A DNA stretch of 58,715 nt from an uncultured Gammaproteobacteria bacterium (GTDB taxonomy: Bacteria; Patescibacteriota; Patescibacteriia; UBA9934; GWF2-40-263): assembly GCA_964588505.1 (NCBI GenBank), contig CAZPPQ010000001.1:1-58715 (forward strand), given 5' to 3'. The stretch's first letter is position 1; every line of letters begins with the position of its first letter. Of this stretch, positions 17,231-26,400 are shown piece by piece. The notes beneath the pieces are model-generated. The model did no database searches and was not told the DNA's origin. It saw only the letters and a list, made by a program, of their open reading frames with translations. The translations under genes were made by a program, and so were the position numbers.

Positions 17231-17437
17231 CCATTCAGTCTTCTGAAAAGTCGTACAAAGTCGAACCAAGACATTATCGTTCGCTTTCCCCTTATTCGTT
17301 TACGGATGGAATCGTTGTTCTCGAAGTCTCGCAATCCGGAATCAAAGCCAAGACATTATCGCTTGTTTCCCGCGAAATCCTCAAGACAAAGATAAAAACC
17401 GGTAATCTGCCATGCGGCGGAGACACCGGTTTTTGGT
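17231..17437 (+). ncRNA. candidate sRNA or cis-regulatory leader (~205 nt) with internal 24-25-nt imperfect direct repeat
   Basis: Bounded by a consensus promoter and the terminator aaaaccggt...accggttttt. Repeats of ccaagacattatcg..tttccc at 17266-17290 and 17348-17371. No credible ORF. Confidence 0.4.
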
Positions 17438-17460
17438 TTGTGGTATAATAGGCATCGCCT

Positions 17461-18831
17461 ATGCTTAAATGCTATTCTCTTTTTTGCTTACTTGTTTCGA
17501 TTTTTCTTTCTGCTTCGCCGATATCAGCTTTTGCTCAAATCAATCATGAATTCTTGCTATCGGATCAAGAACTTACTGACTCAAAATCCATGACTAAGCA
17601 GGAGATCCAGGCGTTTCTCAAAGAACAAAAAAGCTATCTTGCCAATTACCAGACCATTGATATCCGCGGCATCAAACGCTACGCCTCGGAAATCATCTCC
17701 CGTGTGGCCAACGCGTTCGACCTTAATCCGCGCGTGCTTCTTGTGATGCTCCAAAAAGAACAAAGCTTGATTAAAAACAAAAAAGTGACAAAAGACCAGC
17801 TCGACTGGGCCATGGGATACAGCATCTGCGACTCCTGCTCCAAGCGCGACCCGCGTCTTAAAAAATACAAGGGCTTTGCAAAACAGGTATTCTATGCGGC
17901 CGAACGCATCAGCGAATCCTATCTCGTAGATTTGAAAAAGAAGGGCTTTACCATCGCAGGCATCGGGCCCGGAAAAACAACGACGATTGACGGGGAGCTG
18001 GTTGTGCCGAAAAATGCGGCAACGGCCGTGCTGTACACGTACACCCCGCATTTCGAAGGAAACGAAAATTTTGTCCGTCTTTGGCGCGAATGGTTCGTGC
18101 CGGATTATCCAGACGGATCTCTTTTGCAAGATAAGACGAACGGCGGCGTCTGGCTTATTCAAAACGGTGTGAAACGTCCCATCACCTCGCGCGCGGCCCT
18201 TCTCTCGCGCTTCAACGAAAAAAATATCATCGCGGTGGAGCCGAGCGCGTTTGAGATGTTTCCCCGAGGATCCGCCATCTCTTTCCCGAACTATTCCCTG
18301 TTGCGCGTCCCGTCCGGTGACATCTTTCTTCTATCCGAAGAAACCCTCCGCCATATTGTTTCGGAAGAAATTTTTCGCGGCATCGGATTTACTATGGATG
18401 ATGTGATTGATGTTTCAGAAAATAATCTTGTGCCGTTCGCGCTCGGCACGCCGATTGATTCAGTAGACGCAAGCGCGCAGGGCGTTTTGATGCAAAACTC
18501 CAAAACCGGCGGCGTGTATTTCGTGGAAGCGGGAATCAAGCATCCAATTCCATCTCCAGAAGTTTTGAAAGCGCGCTTTGACAAGTGGCCAATGCAGAAA
18601 AAGACAGAAGAGGAGCTTGCGGTTTTTGCCAACGGGACGCCGGTTGTGTTTCCTGACGGAATCTTGGCGGCTATAAAAGGGTCTAAAATTGTTTATGTGA
18701 TTTCGAATGGAAAAAAACGCGAGATCGCGGGTGACGCTTTCAAATTTTATGGCTACAACAAGGCATTAATTTTGTACACGAACACTGCCACGCTTGCTCT
18801 TCACGAACAAGGGGAGGATGTAGTAAATTAG
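17461..18831 (+). CDS. secreted hypothetical protein
   Basis: Signal peptide MLKCYSLFCLLVSIFLSASPISAFA. 456 aa with no confidently recognised domain. TGGTATAAT lies 12 nt upstream of the ATG. Confidence 0.6.
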   Translation: MLKCYSLFCLLVSIFLSASPISAFAQINHEFLLSDQELTDSKSMTKQEIQAFLKEQKSYLANYQTIDIRGIKRYASEIISRVANAFDLNPRVLLVMLQKEQSLIKNKKVTKDQLDWAMGYSICDSCSKRDPRLKKYKGFAKQVFYAAERISESYLVDLKKKGFTIAGIGPGKTTTIDGELVVPKNAATAVLYTYTPHFEGNENFVRLWREWFVPDYPDGSLLQDKTNGGVWLIQNGVKRPITSRAALLSRFNEKNIIAVEPSAFEMFPRGSAISFPNYSLLRVPSGDIFLLSEETLRHIVSEEIFRGIGFTMDDVIDVSENNLVPFALGTPIDSVDASAQGVLMQNSKTGGVYFVEAGIKHPIPSPEVLKARFDKWPMQKKTEEELAVFANGTPVVFPDGILAAIKGSKIVYVISNGKKREIAGDAFKFYGYNKALILYTNTATLALHEQGEDVVN

Positions 18832-18834
18832 CTT

Positions 18835-19620
18835 ATGATTGTCTTTGCGGCTTTTACGCCACATTCTCCGCTTTTGATGCCAGCCATCGGGATAGCAAAG
18901 GAAAAACAACAGAAGAAAACTTCAGAGGCCATGCGCCTCCTCTCTTCGCGTTTGCGAAAAACAAAACCGGAAACGATTGTCGTTATTTCTTCCCACAGCT
19001 TCCAGCACAAGACGGCTTTTTCCATCAATCTGCACGACCGTTATATGACGGATCTTTCAAAATACGGAGACCTTGGCGCGCATAAAACATTCTTGCCGGA
19101 TGTACAGACGATTGACCAGGCCCAACGTTTTTTGCGAGGTCAGGATATACCGGTTACGCTGGATTCTGAAGAGACATTGGATTACAGCATTGCGGTCCCG
19201 CTTCTTCTGCTCACGGACAAACTGTCAGCGAAAATCATCCCGATCTCTTACAGTGGCCTCGGACCGAAAGAACATGCGGCCTTTGGCAATGCCCTTCGCG
19301 AGATCCTTTCCAGAAGTTCGAAACGTATCGCTCTGATTGCGACCGGGGATCTTTCCCACGCGCTCGAAAGTTCCGGACCGGCCGGATTCAAGCCGGAAGG
19401 AAAAAAATTTGATGATGCAGTCGCCGAAGCGATAAAACAGAAATCCCTCTCAAAGCTGCTTTCGCTCGACGAACAGATCGTGCGAGCATCATCGGAATGC
19501 GCCTACCTCCCCCTGCTCATTCTTTTCGGCGCTTTGGAAAAAATTCGTATGCGATCCGAGATTCTTTCTTACGAGACTCCATTCGGTGTAGGATATTTGG
19601 TCGCGGAATTTCATCTTTAG
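18835..19620 (+). CDS. class III extradiol dioxygenase subunit B / Memo-like family protein
   Basis: 261 aa. The N-terminus FAAFTPHSPLL and overall pattern resemble the LigB/Memo fold, from family-level recollection only. The stop TAG lies inside the first repeat unit. Confidence 0.5.
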   Translation: MIVFAAFTPHSPLLMPAIGIAKEKQQKKTSEAMRLLSSRLRKTKPETIVVISSHSFQHKTAFSINLHDRYMTDLSKYGDLGAHKTFLPDVQTIDQAQRFLRGQDIPVTLDSEETLDYSIAVPLLLLTDKLSAKIIPISYSGLGPKEHAAFGNALREILSRSSKRIALIATGDLSHALESSGPAGFKPEGKKFDDAVAEAIKQKSLSKLLSLDEQIVRASSECAYLPLLILFGALEKIRMRSEILSYETPFGVGYLVAEFHL

Positions 19621-19739
19621 GCGTTAGGGAGTTAGGGCGTTAGGAAGTTAAAGAAAATAAGAAGACCTAAATCCCTAGAGACTAAATCCCTAGAGCCTAG
19701 AGCCTAAATCCCTAGAGTCTAGAGCCTAACACCTAATCC
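19616..19739. repeat. largest inverted octamer-array pair in the window
   Basis: tttaggcgttagggagttagggcgttaggaagttaa, then a spacer, then cctaaatccctagagactaaatccctagagcctagagcctaaatccctagagtctagagcctaacacctaatcc. Fills the whole intergenic gap. Confidence 0.9.
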
Positions 19740-21383
19740 ATGCTTGCGGAAATCTATCCAATCAAACGTTTGCCGAGGCGATTTCGAACGCTTTCTTACA
19801 TGATCCCAAAAGGGATGGCTGTCGAACGCGGCACAATTGTAGAAATTCCGTTCCGAACCGGAACGGTTTTTGGTGTTGTGGCTTCCCTGCGCTCAGAGGA
19901 GGCTTCCGACCGATCCTTTTTCGCCAAACCGATCCTAAAAATTTTTTCCCCTCTCGTTTTCTCTTCCGCAGAAGTCGGATGGTTCGAGGCTCTTGCTGAA
20001 GAACTTGTGCAATCCGTCGCGTCCGTGCTGCACGCTGCTTTACCGTCTTTTCCGAAACGGGAAAAACTGACGGTGAAAAAAGTCTTCGGGGGAAAACAAC
20101 TCACGATTCCGGCGGACGAAATTCTTCCACTATCAGAAACGGCAAAACACATGGCAACCCTTGATCGCGCCTTTATTTTTTCGTTGGATTTGCGTCGGAG
20201 CGCCGCTCTCATTTCCGCTTACCGCAAACATTGTCCGGACATCTCAATTCAGATTATCGCGCCACACGTGCGGGACGCAGAGCTCCTGCAAACTCATCTT
20301 GCACATCTCTCCCCTTTTTTTCTGACCGGCGAAGAAACGGCCTTAAAACGATTCCGGATATGGAAAAATTATCGGGAAAGTTCGAACGGTATTTTGATCG
20401 GGAGCCGGGTCGCGGCTCTATTGCCGCATCCAAAACTCGGAGCCGTATTTCTCGTTCGCTCGAGTCATCGAGATCAAAAACAATCGAACCAAAATCCGCG
20501 TTACGACGCGCGGCATACGGCTTCCCTCCTCTCAAAATATCTGCACGCGCGGCTATTCTTTTTGGACGCGGCTCCGCGGACAGACGACCTTCTCTTATTT
20601 CCAGAAGCGCGATTCCTTCGGCCGCTTTCTCTTCCCCAGCCGTCCGTCGCAGATCTCGTGAGAGAACGGCTTGTCTCGCCACATCCGATTCTTTCAAGCA
20701 CAGCCGTCCAAACAATTTTTGAAACCCTCGAAAAGAAAAAACGCGTCCTGTGCGTCTACAACAAGCGCGGAGCGGACAATCGCGCCGCAGTAAACATCCT
20801 GAAACATCAATTTCCAAAAACCTCTATCGTTGGATTGGATAAGGAAATCGGTCTCACGAAAGAAGCGGAAACTGCAGACATTCTTGTTGCCACGCAATTT
20901 TACCTTGAGAGTATTTTTAATCCATTTGATCCCGACGATTTCGGTCTTGTCGTCATGCTTCAAGCGGATTTTCCGCTTTTTGAAAAAACATGCCGGGCGC
21001 TTGAACGAACGCTTGATTCTGCTGCGGAATGGCAAGGAGCCGCGCATGGCATGCGAGCAAAATTTTTACTGCAAAGTGAAACCCCGCGGCTCTTCTCATT
21101 ATTCTTCGACGAACCGCTCGCCGCGCTCAAAAAAGATTTGGAACAGCGCGCAGATTACCGGGAACCGCCTTGTTTCCGATCTCTTGCCATCAAACCGAAA
21201 CAACCGGATCAAAAAGGTCTGGAACAGCTTCGCGAACGTATATGGCGTGAGCGACCCGACGCAATCGTTGAAAAGGAAATGAATGGGATTTCCGTACGTG
21301 TTCATCCGGAAGCCTTTCGCGCGCTTCACACCCTCTTCTCACGGATCCCGGATCGTTTTATTATTGACACAACCGCGGATTGA
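19740..21383 (+). CDS. PriA (primosomal protein N')-like protein with degenerate helicase and zinc motifs
   Basis: The N-terminal 3'-DNA-binding-like domain (TLSYMIPKGMAVERGTIVEIPFRTGTVFGVV) and a core (GILIGSRVAALLPHPKLGAVFLV...PRYDARHTA) are collinear with PriA. Conserved priA-def-fmt synteny. No Walker A, RSSH in place of DEEH, and no Cys cluster. Confidence 0.6.
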   Translation: MLAEIYPIKRLPRRFRTLSYMIPKGMAVERGTIVEIPFRTGTVFGVVASLRSEEASDRSFFAKPILKIFSPLVFSSAEVGWFEALAEELVQSVASVLHAALPSFPKREKLTVKKVFGGKQLTIPADEILPLSETAKHMATLDRAFIFSLDLRRSAALISAYRKHCPDISIQIIAPHVRDAELLQTHLAHLSPFFLTGEETALKRFRIWKNYRESSNGILIGSRVAALLPHPKLGAVFLVRSSHRDQKQSNQNPRYDARHTASLLSKYLHARLFFLDAAPRTDDLLLFPEARFLRPLSLPQPSVADLVRERLVSPHPILSSTAVQTIFETLEKKKRVLCVYNKRGADNRAAVNILKHQFPKTSIVGLDKEIGLTKEAETADILVATQFYLESIFNPFDPDDFGLVVMLQADFPLFEKTCRALERTLDSAAEWQGAAHGMRAKFLLQSETPRLFSLFFDEPLAALKKDLEQRADYREPPCFRSLAIKPKQPDQKGLEQLRERIWRERPDAIVEKEMNGISVRVHPEAFRALHTLFSRIPDRFIIDTTAD

Positions 21384-21429
21384 GGGTAATCTTTCCCTTT
21401 CTCTTTCAATATCTTCAATGCCTCCCGGT

Positions 21430-21912
21430 ATGGCCATTCTCCCGATTCTCAAAGAACCGAACGAAATACTACGACAGATCGCAAAGCCTGTTTCTCTTGA
21501 CGATCTCGCGAAACCCGAAATACAAAACGTATTGGATGATATGGTCCATACCATGCATGTCGCGAAAGGGATCGGGCTTGCGGCGCCGCAAGTCGGCATA
21601 TCAAAACGGCTGATTGTGGTTTTGATGGGCGAGAAGCCGCGGATTTTTATCAATCCGGAAATCATTTCTTCGGCTTTCCGCAAAGTGGAAAGCGAGGAAG
21701 GATGCCTCTCGGTCCCTGGCGTGTTCGGGATCGTCAAACGAACACGCGGTGTTGAAGTCAAAGCGCTGGATCGCAACGGAAAATGCGTCACGGTAAAAAC
21801 GAACGGATTGCCGGCGATCATTTTTCAGCACGAGATTGATCATCTGAACGGAACACTCTTTATCGATAAAATAGAACGGCTTACCGAACACCACGAAACA
21901 GAAACGTTATAG
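21430..21912 (+). CDS. def: peptide deformylase
   Basis: Motifs GIGLAAPQ, EEGCLSVPG and QHEIDHLNG. ATG 21430 (MAILPIL...) was chosen to avoid overlap with the upstream gene. Confidence 0.9.
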   Translation: MAILPILKEPNEILRQIAKPVSLDDLAKPEIQNVLDDMVHTMHVAKGIGLAAPQVGISKRLIVVLMGEKPRIFINPEIISSAFRKVESEEGCLSVPGVFGIVKRTRGVEVKALDRNGKCVTVKTNGLPAIIFQHEIDHLNGTLFIDKIERLTEHHETETL

Positions 21913-22073
21913 GGGTCTGTCGCCGAATGTGCTTTTGAAGCGAAACGGCTGAATTTCGAGATAGAATCGTTGAATAAATTTTGAAGTTTATCAGGAGATA
22001 AGCCTAAAAATTTTGAAGCGATTATAGCCGAAATTCAGACATGGCAGCCAAAACGACATTCGGCGACAGACCC
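21912..22073 (+). repeat. F2 long-hairpin element, copy B, 162 nt
   Basis: ggggtctgtcgccgaatgt...acattcggcgacagaccc, flanked by tata on both sides. Sits between def and fmt. Confidence 0.85.
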
Positions 22074-22098
22074 TATAGACCCTTTTATAAAATATCTT

Positions 22099-23034
22099 AT
22101 GAAAATCGTCTTTTTCGGAACACCAAAGTTTTCTGTGCCGTTCTTTTCCGAACTTCTGCGCACACCCGGGATCGAAATTGCGGCCGTTGTCACCCAGCCG
22201 GATAAACCGGCCGGCCGGCATCATGACCTCACGGCATGCCCGATCAAAGAGCAGGCCGTCGAACAGAATATCCCGGTTCTCCAACCGGCAAAATTGAAAG
22301 AGGAATCCACGATCGCCGCTTTGCGCGATCTGCAAGCGGAACTGTTCGTCATCGTGGCCTACGGAAAAATCATCCCGCCGGCCGTCCTTGCATTGCCGCG
22401 TCTCGGATGCGTCAACCTGCATCCGTCGCTCCTTCCGAAATACCGCGGTCCGTCTCCGATCCCCTGGGCCATTGCTGAAGGCGACAAAGAAACTGGCGTC
22501 TCCGTCATGTTGATTGACTCCGGGATGGATACCGGCCCTTTACTTGCACAAAAAATATTCCAGATCGAAAAAATGGAAACAGTCGAAAGTCTCGTACGAA
22601 AAATTCACGACATAGGCCCGAGCTTTTTGGCGGAAACGATCCTTTCCTATGCGGCCGGAACCGCAAAGCCCGTTCCGCAACCGACCGAAGGCACGTCCGT
22701 GACACATCTGCTCGAACGCGAAGACGGACGCGTGAAATGGAATCTTTCGGCCGAGACAATCGAGCGTCAATTTCGCGCGTACCATCCGTGGCCAGGGCTT
22801 TGGACTGTTTGGCTACGCAATGGAAAGCCGATCCGCCTCAAACTACTCAAAATATCTGTCGAAAACGGCTCGCTTCCGCCGGGAAAAGTGGAAGCGAAAG
22901 CCGACCATCTGCTGGTCGGCGCGAAAGACAAACTTATCCGGGTTGTTGAACTTCAAGCTGAAGGATCTTTACCGACCGATGCGGCAAGGTTCATCCGTGG
23001 GCACGCGGACATGGCCGGAACGACATTCGTCTGA
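22099..23034 (+). CDS. fmt: methionyl-tRNA formyltransferase
   Basis: 311 aa with the formyltransferase motif NLHPSLLPKYRG and the C-terminal Fmt domain. Confidence 0.9.
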   Translation: MKIVFFGTPKFSVPFFSELLRTPGIEIAAVVTQPDKPAGRHHDLTACPIKEQAVEQNIPVLQPAKLKEESTIAALRDLQAELFVIVAYGKIIPPAVLALPRLGCVNLHPSLLPKYRGPSPIPWAIAEGDKETGVSVMLIDSGMDTGPLLAQKIFQIEKMETVESLVRKIHDIGPSFLAETILSYAAGTAKPVPQPTEGTSVTHLLEREDGRVKWNLSAETIERQFRAYHPWPGLWTVWLRNGKPIRLKLLKISVENGSLPPGKVEAKADHLLVGAKDKLIRVVELQAEGSLPTDAARFIRGHADMAGTTFV

Positions 23035-24539
23035 ACAACAGGTTCAAGAACCGCAGATTCCGAAAAAACAAGAATTGCGGTTTTTTGTTTCCAAAACGGA
23101 ATCCAAAATAAAAGCAAACCGAGTCCGAGCGGATGATTCAGATACGGTGTAAAAATATTCGTCAGATACAGCATAAAAATCGTGGCAATCGCGGCATAGC
23201 CGATCCATGTTTGCGGAGACCTCTTTTCAGGCCATAAACCGGCGGCCATAACGCAAAACAAAATGAAAAATCCGACCATACCCAGAAGGCCGGTCTTCAG
23301 CCAAACATCAAGCCATCCCCACTCGAATGCGGTCGTTGTCCATGTTCCGTCCGGAAAAACCGCGCGGGCGCGTGGATCATCCGTTAAAAATGTAACCGAC
23401 TCTCCAAACCCCTTCCCTAAAATCGGCGCTTCGCGAATTTCCCGCATAAGCGGTGAAAGCAGATTCCATCGGCTTGAAAGAGCGACATCTCCGCTCACGG
23501 CCGCGCGTTCGGAAAAAATGCTTGACAAACCTTGATACGACACCGATCTTGGGGGAATGAGAACGATGCCGGCAAGAAACGCGGCACCGAGAACCATGGA
23601 AAGAAAAATCCATCCGCCGGTTTCCGTGGAATGTCGCCAGCGCGGACGCTCGCGAAAAAAGATAACGAAAATCGTCACAACGGCGGTCACAAGAAGTGCG
23701 AGCCAAAAACTTCGCGACAAACTGATAAAAATGACTGAAAACAATGCGGCGGATGTTCCCAAAAAAAGGAAGACGCGGCTCCGCGGACGAAAAAAAGAAA
23801 AAGACGAGAGCCATGCAAAAATGGAAATAATGACAATCGAGACGGCAACGGAAAATTGCGCCTGAAGAAAAATGCGGAACAATCCGCCGCTCATGCGCGT
23901 AAGCTCGCCGGTGCGCGTGTCTCTGACGAATGTGTAGATCGGCGAGAGCGCTTCATTTGAAAGATGTGTAAACACGAATAACAATCCGATGCTCAAAAGC
24001 ACAACCCAGCCGGATGCGGCTGAAAGCGTTTGGAGCAGAAGCCGCTTGCGCGCGGATGTCCACTGGATCGAGAGAATCGGGAATACATACGCAAGATAGA
24101 CATACGCGTTTCCGTCCTTGAACGCCTCAATCGCCGGATGTTTCAAAAATCCGATCAAAAATCCTATGATGATCCCTGCGAACAATGGAAAGAACGCCCG
24201 TAATCTGCGGTCGCGTAAAGGAAATTTTATTTTTTTGAAAACGAGAAGTCCGAGATAGCCGGACATCACGCCGCAAAAAATCGCCATGCGAAGCGAAAAA
24301 GAAAATCCGGATATCGTGGCGGAAATCAGATGACCGTGCGCATTCGCGAAGAGCTCGGCAAACGCGATCAGTATGCCGTACTCCGGGCGTTTCCATGTCG
24401 CTCTTGCGGCGCCGACCGCGGCAAAAAGAAGAAACGGGAACGCGAAGATTGTTTGAAACAGAAAAAGAGATAACAGAAAAGTCGCGGCCAAACCGCCGAG
24501 CACGATCCAAAACGGCTTTCCAAAAAATTGGTCTGTCAT
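22953..24539 (-). CDS. O-antigen ligase/polymerase-like multi-pass membrane protein
   Basis: At least 10 predicted TM helices, in a glycan-assembly context. ATG 24539 forms an ATGA overlap with the upstream GT2 stop. The 3' end overlaps fmt by 82 nt. Confidence 0.55.
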   Translation of the reverse strand: MTDQFFGKPFWIVLGGLAATFLLSLFLFQTIFAFPFLLFAAVGAARATWKRPEYGILIAFAELFANAHGHLISATISGFSFSLRMAIFCGVMSGYLGLLVFKKIKFPLRDRRLRAFFPLFAGIIIGFLIGFLKHPAIEAFKDGNAYVYLAYVFPILSIQWTSARKRLLLQTLSAASGWVVLLSIGLLFVFTHLSNEALSPIYTFVRDTRTGELTRMSGGLFRIFLQAQFSVAVSIVIISIFAWLSSFSFFRPRSRVFLFLGTSAALFSVIFISLSRSFWLALLVTAVVTIFVIFFRERPRWRHSTETGGWIFLSMVLGAAFLAGIVLIPPRSVSYQGLSSIFSERAAVSGDVALSSRWNLLSPLMREIREAPILGKGFGESVTFLTDDPRARAVFPDGTWTTTAFEWGWLDVWLKTGLLGMVGFFILFCVMAAGLWPEKRSPQTWIGYAAIATIFMLYLTNIFTPYLNHPLGLGLLLFWIPFWKQKTAILVFSESAVLEPVVQTNVVPAMSACPRMNLAASVGKDPSA

Positions 24540-25306
24540 ACAAGCTGATGCTTTTTGACAATGACTTCGCGCGCTTCGTGATATCGCTTTATCGCTCGAG
24601 GCATCCAGCCGAGACGATCCCATGGAATATGATACAGGAATCGCGGCAGCCATGAAGACCCGATGCGGGATTTTCCGTCAATCGCGACATCGCAAAGAAC
24701 ATCCGGAACAAGAATGCCTGTTTTGCCGGCTGAAAGCATCGTGAGCCACACATCCCAATCCTGCAGACGCTTGATGGACTCGTCGAATCCCGGAAAATCC
24801 GCGGCGCGGATAAGACTTGATGTGTGTATGAAATTGTGTTGACGCAGTTTCTCGGCGTTGAAGGGAACTCCGCCGAATTTTTTCCATCCGAAACGAAACG
24901 CACCATACGCGTAACTCGCCTCCGGATGTGCCGCGAGCGCGGCGGCCATCTTTTCAAGCATGTTCGGACGCATGCGAACATCTGCATCGCAAAAAATCAA
25001 CAAATCGCCTCTGGCCTCTTTCCATCCGCGATTGCGCGCCGCCTGCGCGCCGCGATTTTCTTGATTCATCACGATAAATTTCCATGAACCTGCGACAAGT
25101 TCCTCGGCATTGCTTTTCCTCCGGTCCGGACTTGTCGCCGAATTCTGCGCTTGCAAGAATTGCTGTAATATTTTTTCTGTCCCGTCAGTCGAACCGTCGT
25201 TCACGACGATAATCTCATCCGGCAACATGGTCTGGCGCAAAATCGAATCAAGACACGCTCCAATCGTGCCAGCATGTTGAAAGGTCGGGATGATAACCGA
25301 AATCAT
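24536..25306 (-). CDS. family 2 glycosyltransferase
   Basis: ISVIIPTFQHAGTIGACLDSILRQT, IIVVNDGSTDGT and FCDADV motifs. Confidence 0.85.
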   Translation of the reverse strand: MISVIIPTFQHAGTIGACLDSILRQTMLPDEIIVVNDGSTDGTEKILQQFLQAQNSATSPDRRKSNAEELVAGSWKFIVMNQENRGAQAARNRGWKEARGDLLIFCDADVRMRPNMLEKMAAALAAHPEASYAYGAFRFGWKKFGGVPFNAEKLRQHNFIHTSSLIRAADFPGFDESIKRLQDWDVWLTMLSAGKTGILVPDVLCDVAIDGKSRIGSSWLPRFLYHIPWDRLGWMPRAIKRYHEAREVIVKKHQLV

Positions 25307-26400
25307 AAAAATTTTTTGAAGACTTCATGCTGGGACGTGCAGGAAAATTGAGTTCGAACGCGCTCCGACGCCTGTTGCGCGAGCGTCTCGCGCAACGGAC
25401 GATCCGATGCCAATCTGGCCATCGCGTCTGCCAGAGCCGGAATATCCCCGTCTGAAATCAAGAGACCAGTCTTCCCGTCCGCAATGGCTTCATCAACTCC
25501 CGGATGGCGCGTAGCGATTGATGGCACTCCGAAAGCCGCGGCCTCGAGATATACCAGTCCGAATCCCTCCCTGTCTTCCTGCTTACGGAGCGTCGGCATC
25601 ACGAAAACATCGCTTGAAACGTACGCGCGTTCGCGATCCGCGTCTGAAACTCCTGATTCCATGCGCACAATGTCAGAAAGACACAATTCCTCGATCCGCT
25701 TGCGGATCGCTCCAGCCATCGGGCCATCGCCGATAATGCGATAGCGGATGTCGCGCAGCAACCCGCGCTCACGCAATAATGCCAGAGCCTCGAGCACGCG
25801 CAGATGTCCTTTACGCTCCACGAGCCTTGAAACGGTCAGGAACCGGCATCCGCCATCCTGATGGCGCACAATCGGCGATTCCGGAATCATATTTGACAAG
25901 ACGCACGGGTAGCTTACGAAGACGCGCGCGACGCCGAATTGTTTTTTTAATTCTTCGGCAAGCGAGTGGGAATTCGTCACGATGGCACGCGCGCCGCGAA
26001 GCACGAGTCCTGTCAAAAATTGTTTCCATAATCCACACATCGCGAGCCGGATGTCCATCCCATGCACGATAATCACGTACGGCTTTCTCGTAAACCATCC
26101 CGCGATCCATGCTGCTGTGCCGAACGGAAGCACGTGGCTCACGACGATGGTCTTCATTTTTGCGGATTCGCGTATGAGAATCCAAACGCTTTTCAACCAG
26201 TTTGGCCAAAAAAATCCGAATGACAATGCTTCGCGGCGAATCGGATATTCCGCGTGCTGATCGAAAAAACGCGCTTGTGCATCCGGTTCCGCCACCACAA
26301 AGATACGGTCATAAAAACTCGTCGCGAACGCGTGAAGATATTTTGCGACTCCGCCTTGTCGCGGAGGAAAATCAGGCGTCAAGAGAAGGATGTCCGGCAT
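25303..26400 (-). CDS. family 4 (GT-B) glycosyltransferase
   Basis: C-terminal EGFGLVYLEAAAFGVPSIA (E-x7-E region); 365 aa. Confidence 0.8.
   Translation of the reverse strand: MPDILLLTPDFPPRQGGVAKYLHAFATSFYDRIFVVAEPDAQARFFDQHAEYPIRREALSFGFFWPNWLKSVWILIRESAKMKTIVVSHVLPFGTAAWIAGWFTRKPYVIIVHGMDIRLAMCGLWKQFLTGLVLRGARAIVTNSHSLAEELKKQFGVARVFVSYPCVLSNMIPESPIVRHQDGGCRFLTVSRLVERKGHLRVLEALALLRERGLLRDIRYRIIGDGPMAGAIRKRIEELCLSDIVRMESGVSDADRERAYVSSDVFVMPTLRKQEDREGFGLVYLEAAAFGVPSIATRHPGVDEAIADGKTGLLISDGDIPALADAMARLASDRPLRETLAQQASERVRTQFSCTSQHEVFKKFL

Noticed and set aside
17231-17437. c-di-AMP (ydaO-type) riboswitch upstream of the secreted protein
   Set aside because: The pseudo-symmetric repeat and the cell-envelope context were suggestive. 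However, I could not find the conserved GGGGA / CCCGAAUCC-type blocks beyond a weak cccgcgaaatcc match, so it is kept only as an unclassified candidate.
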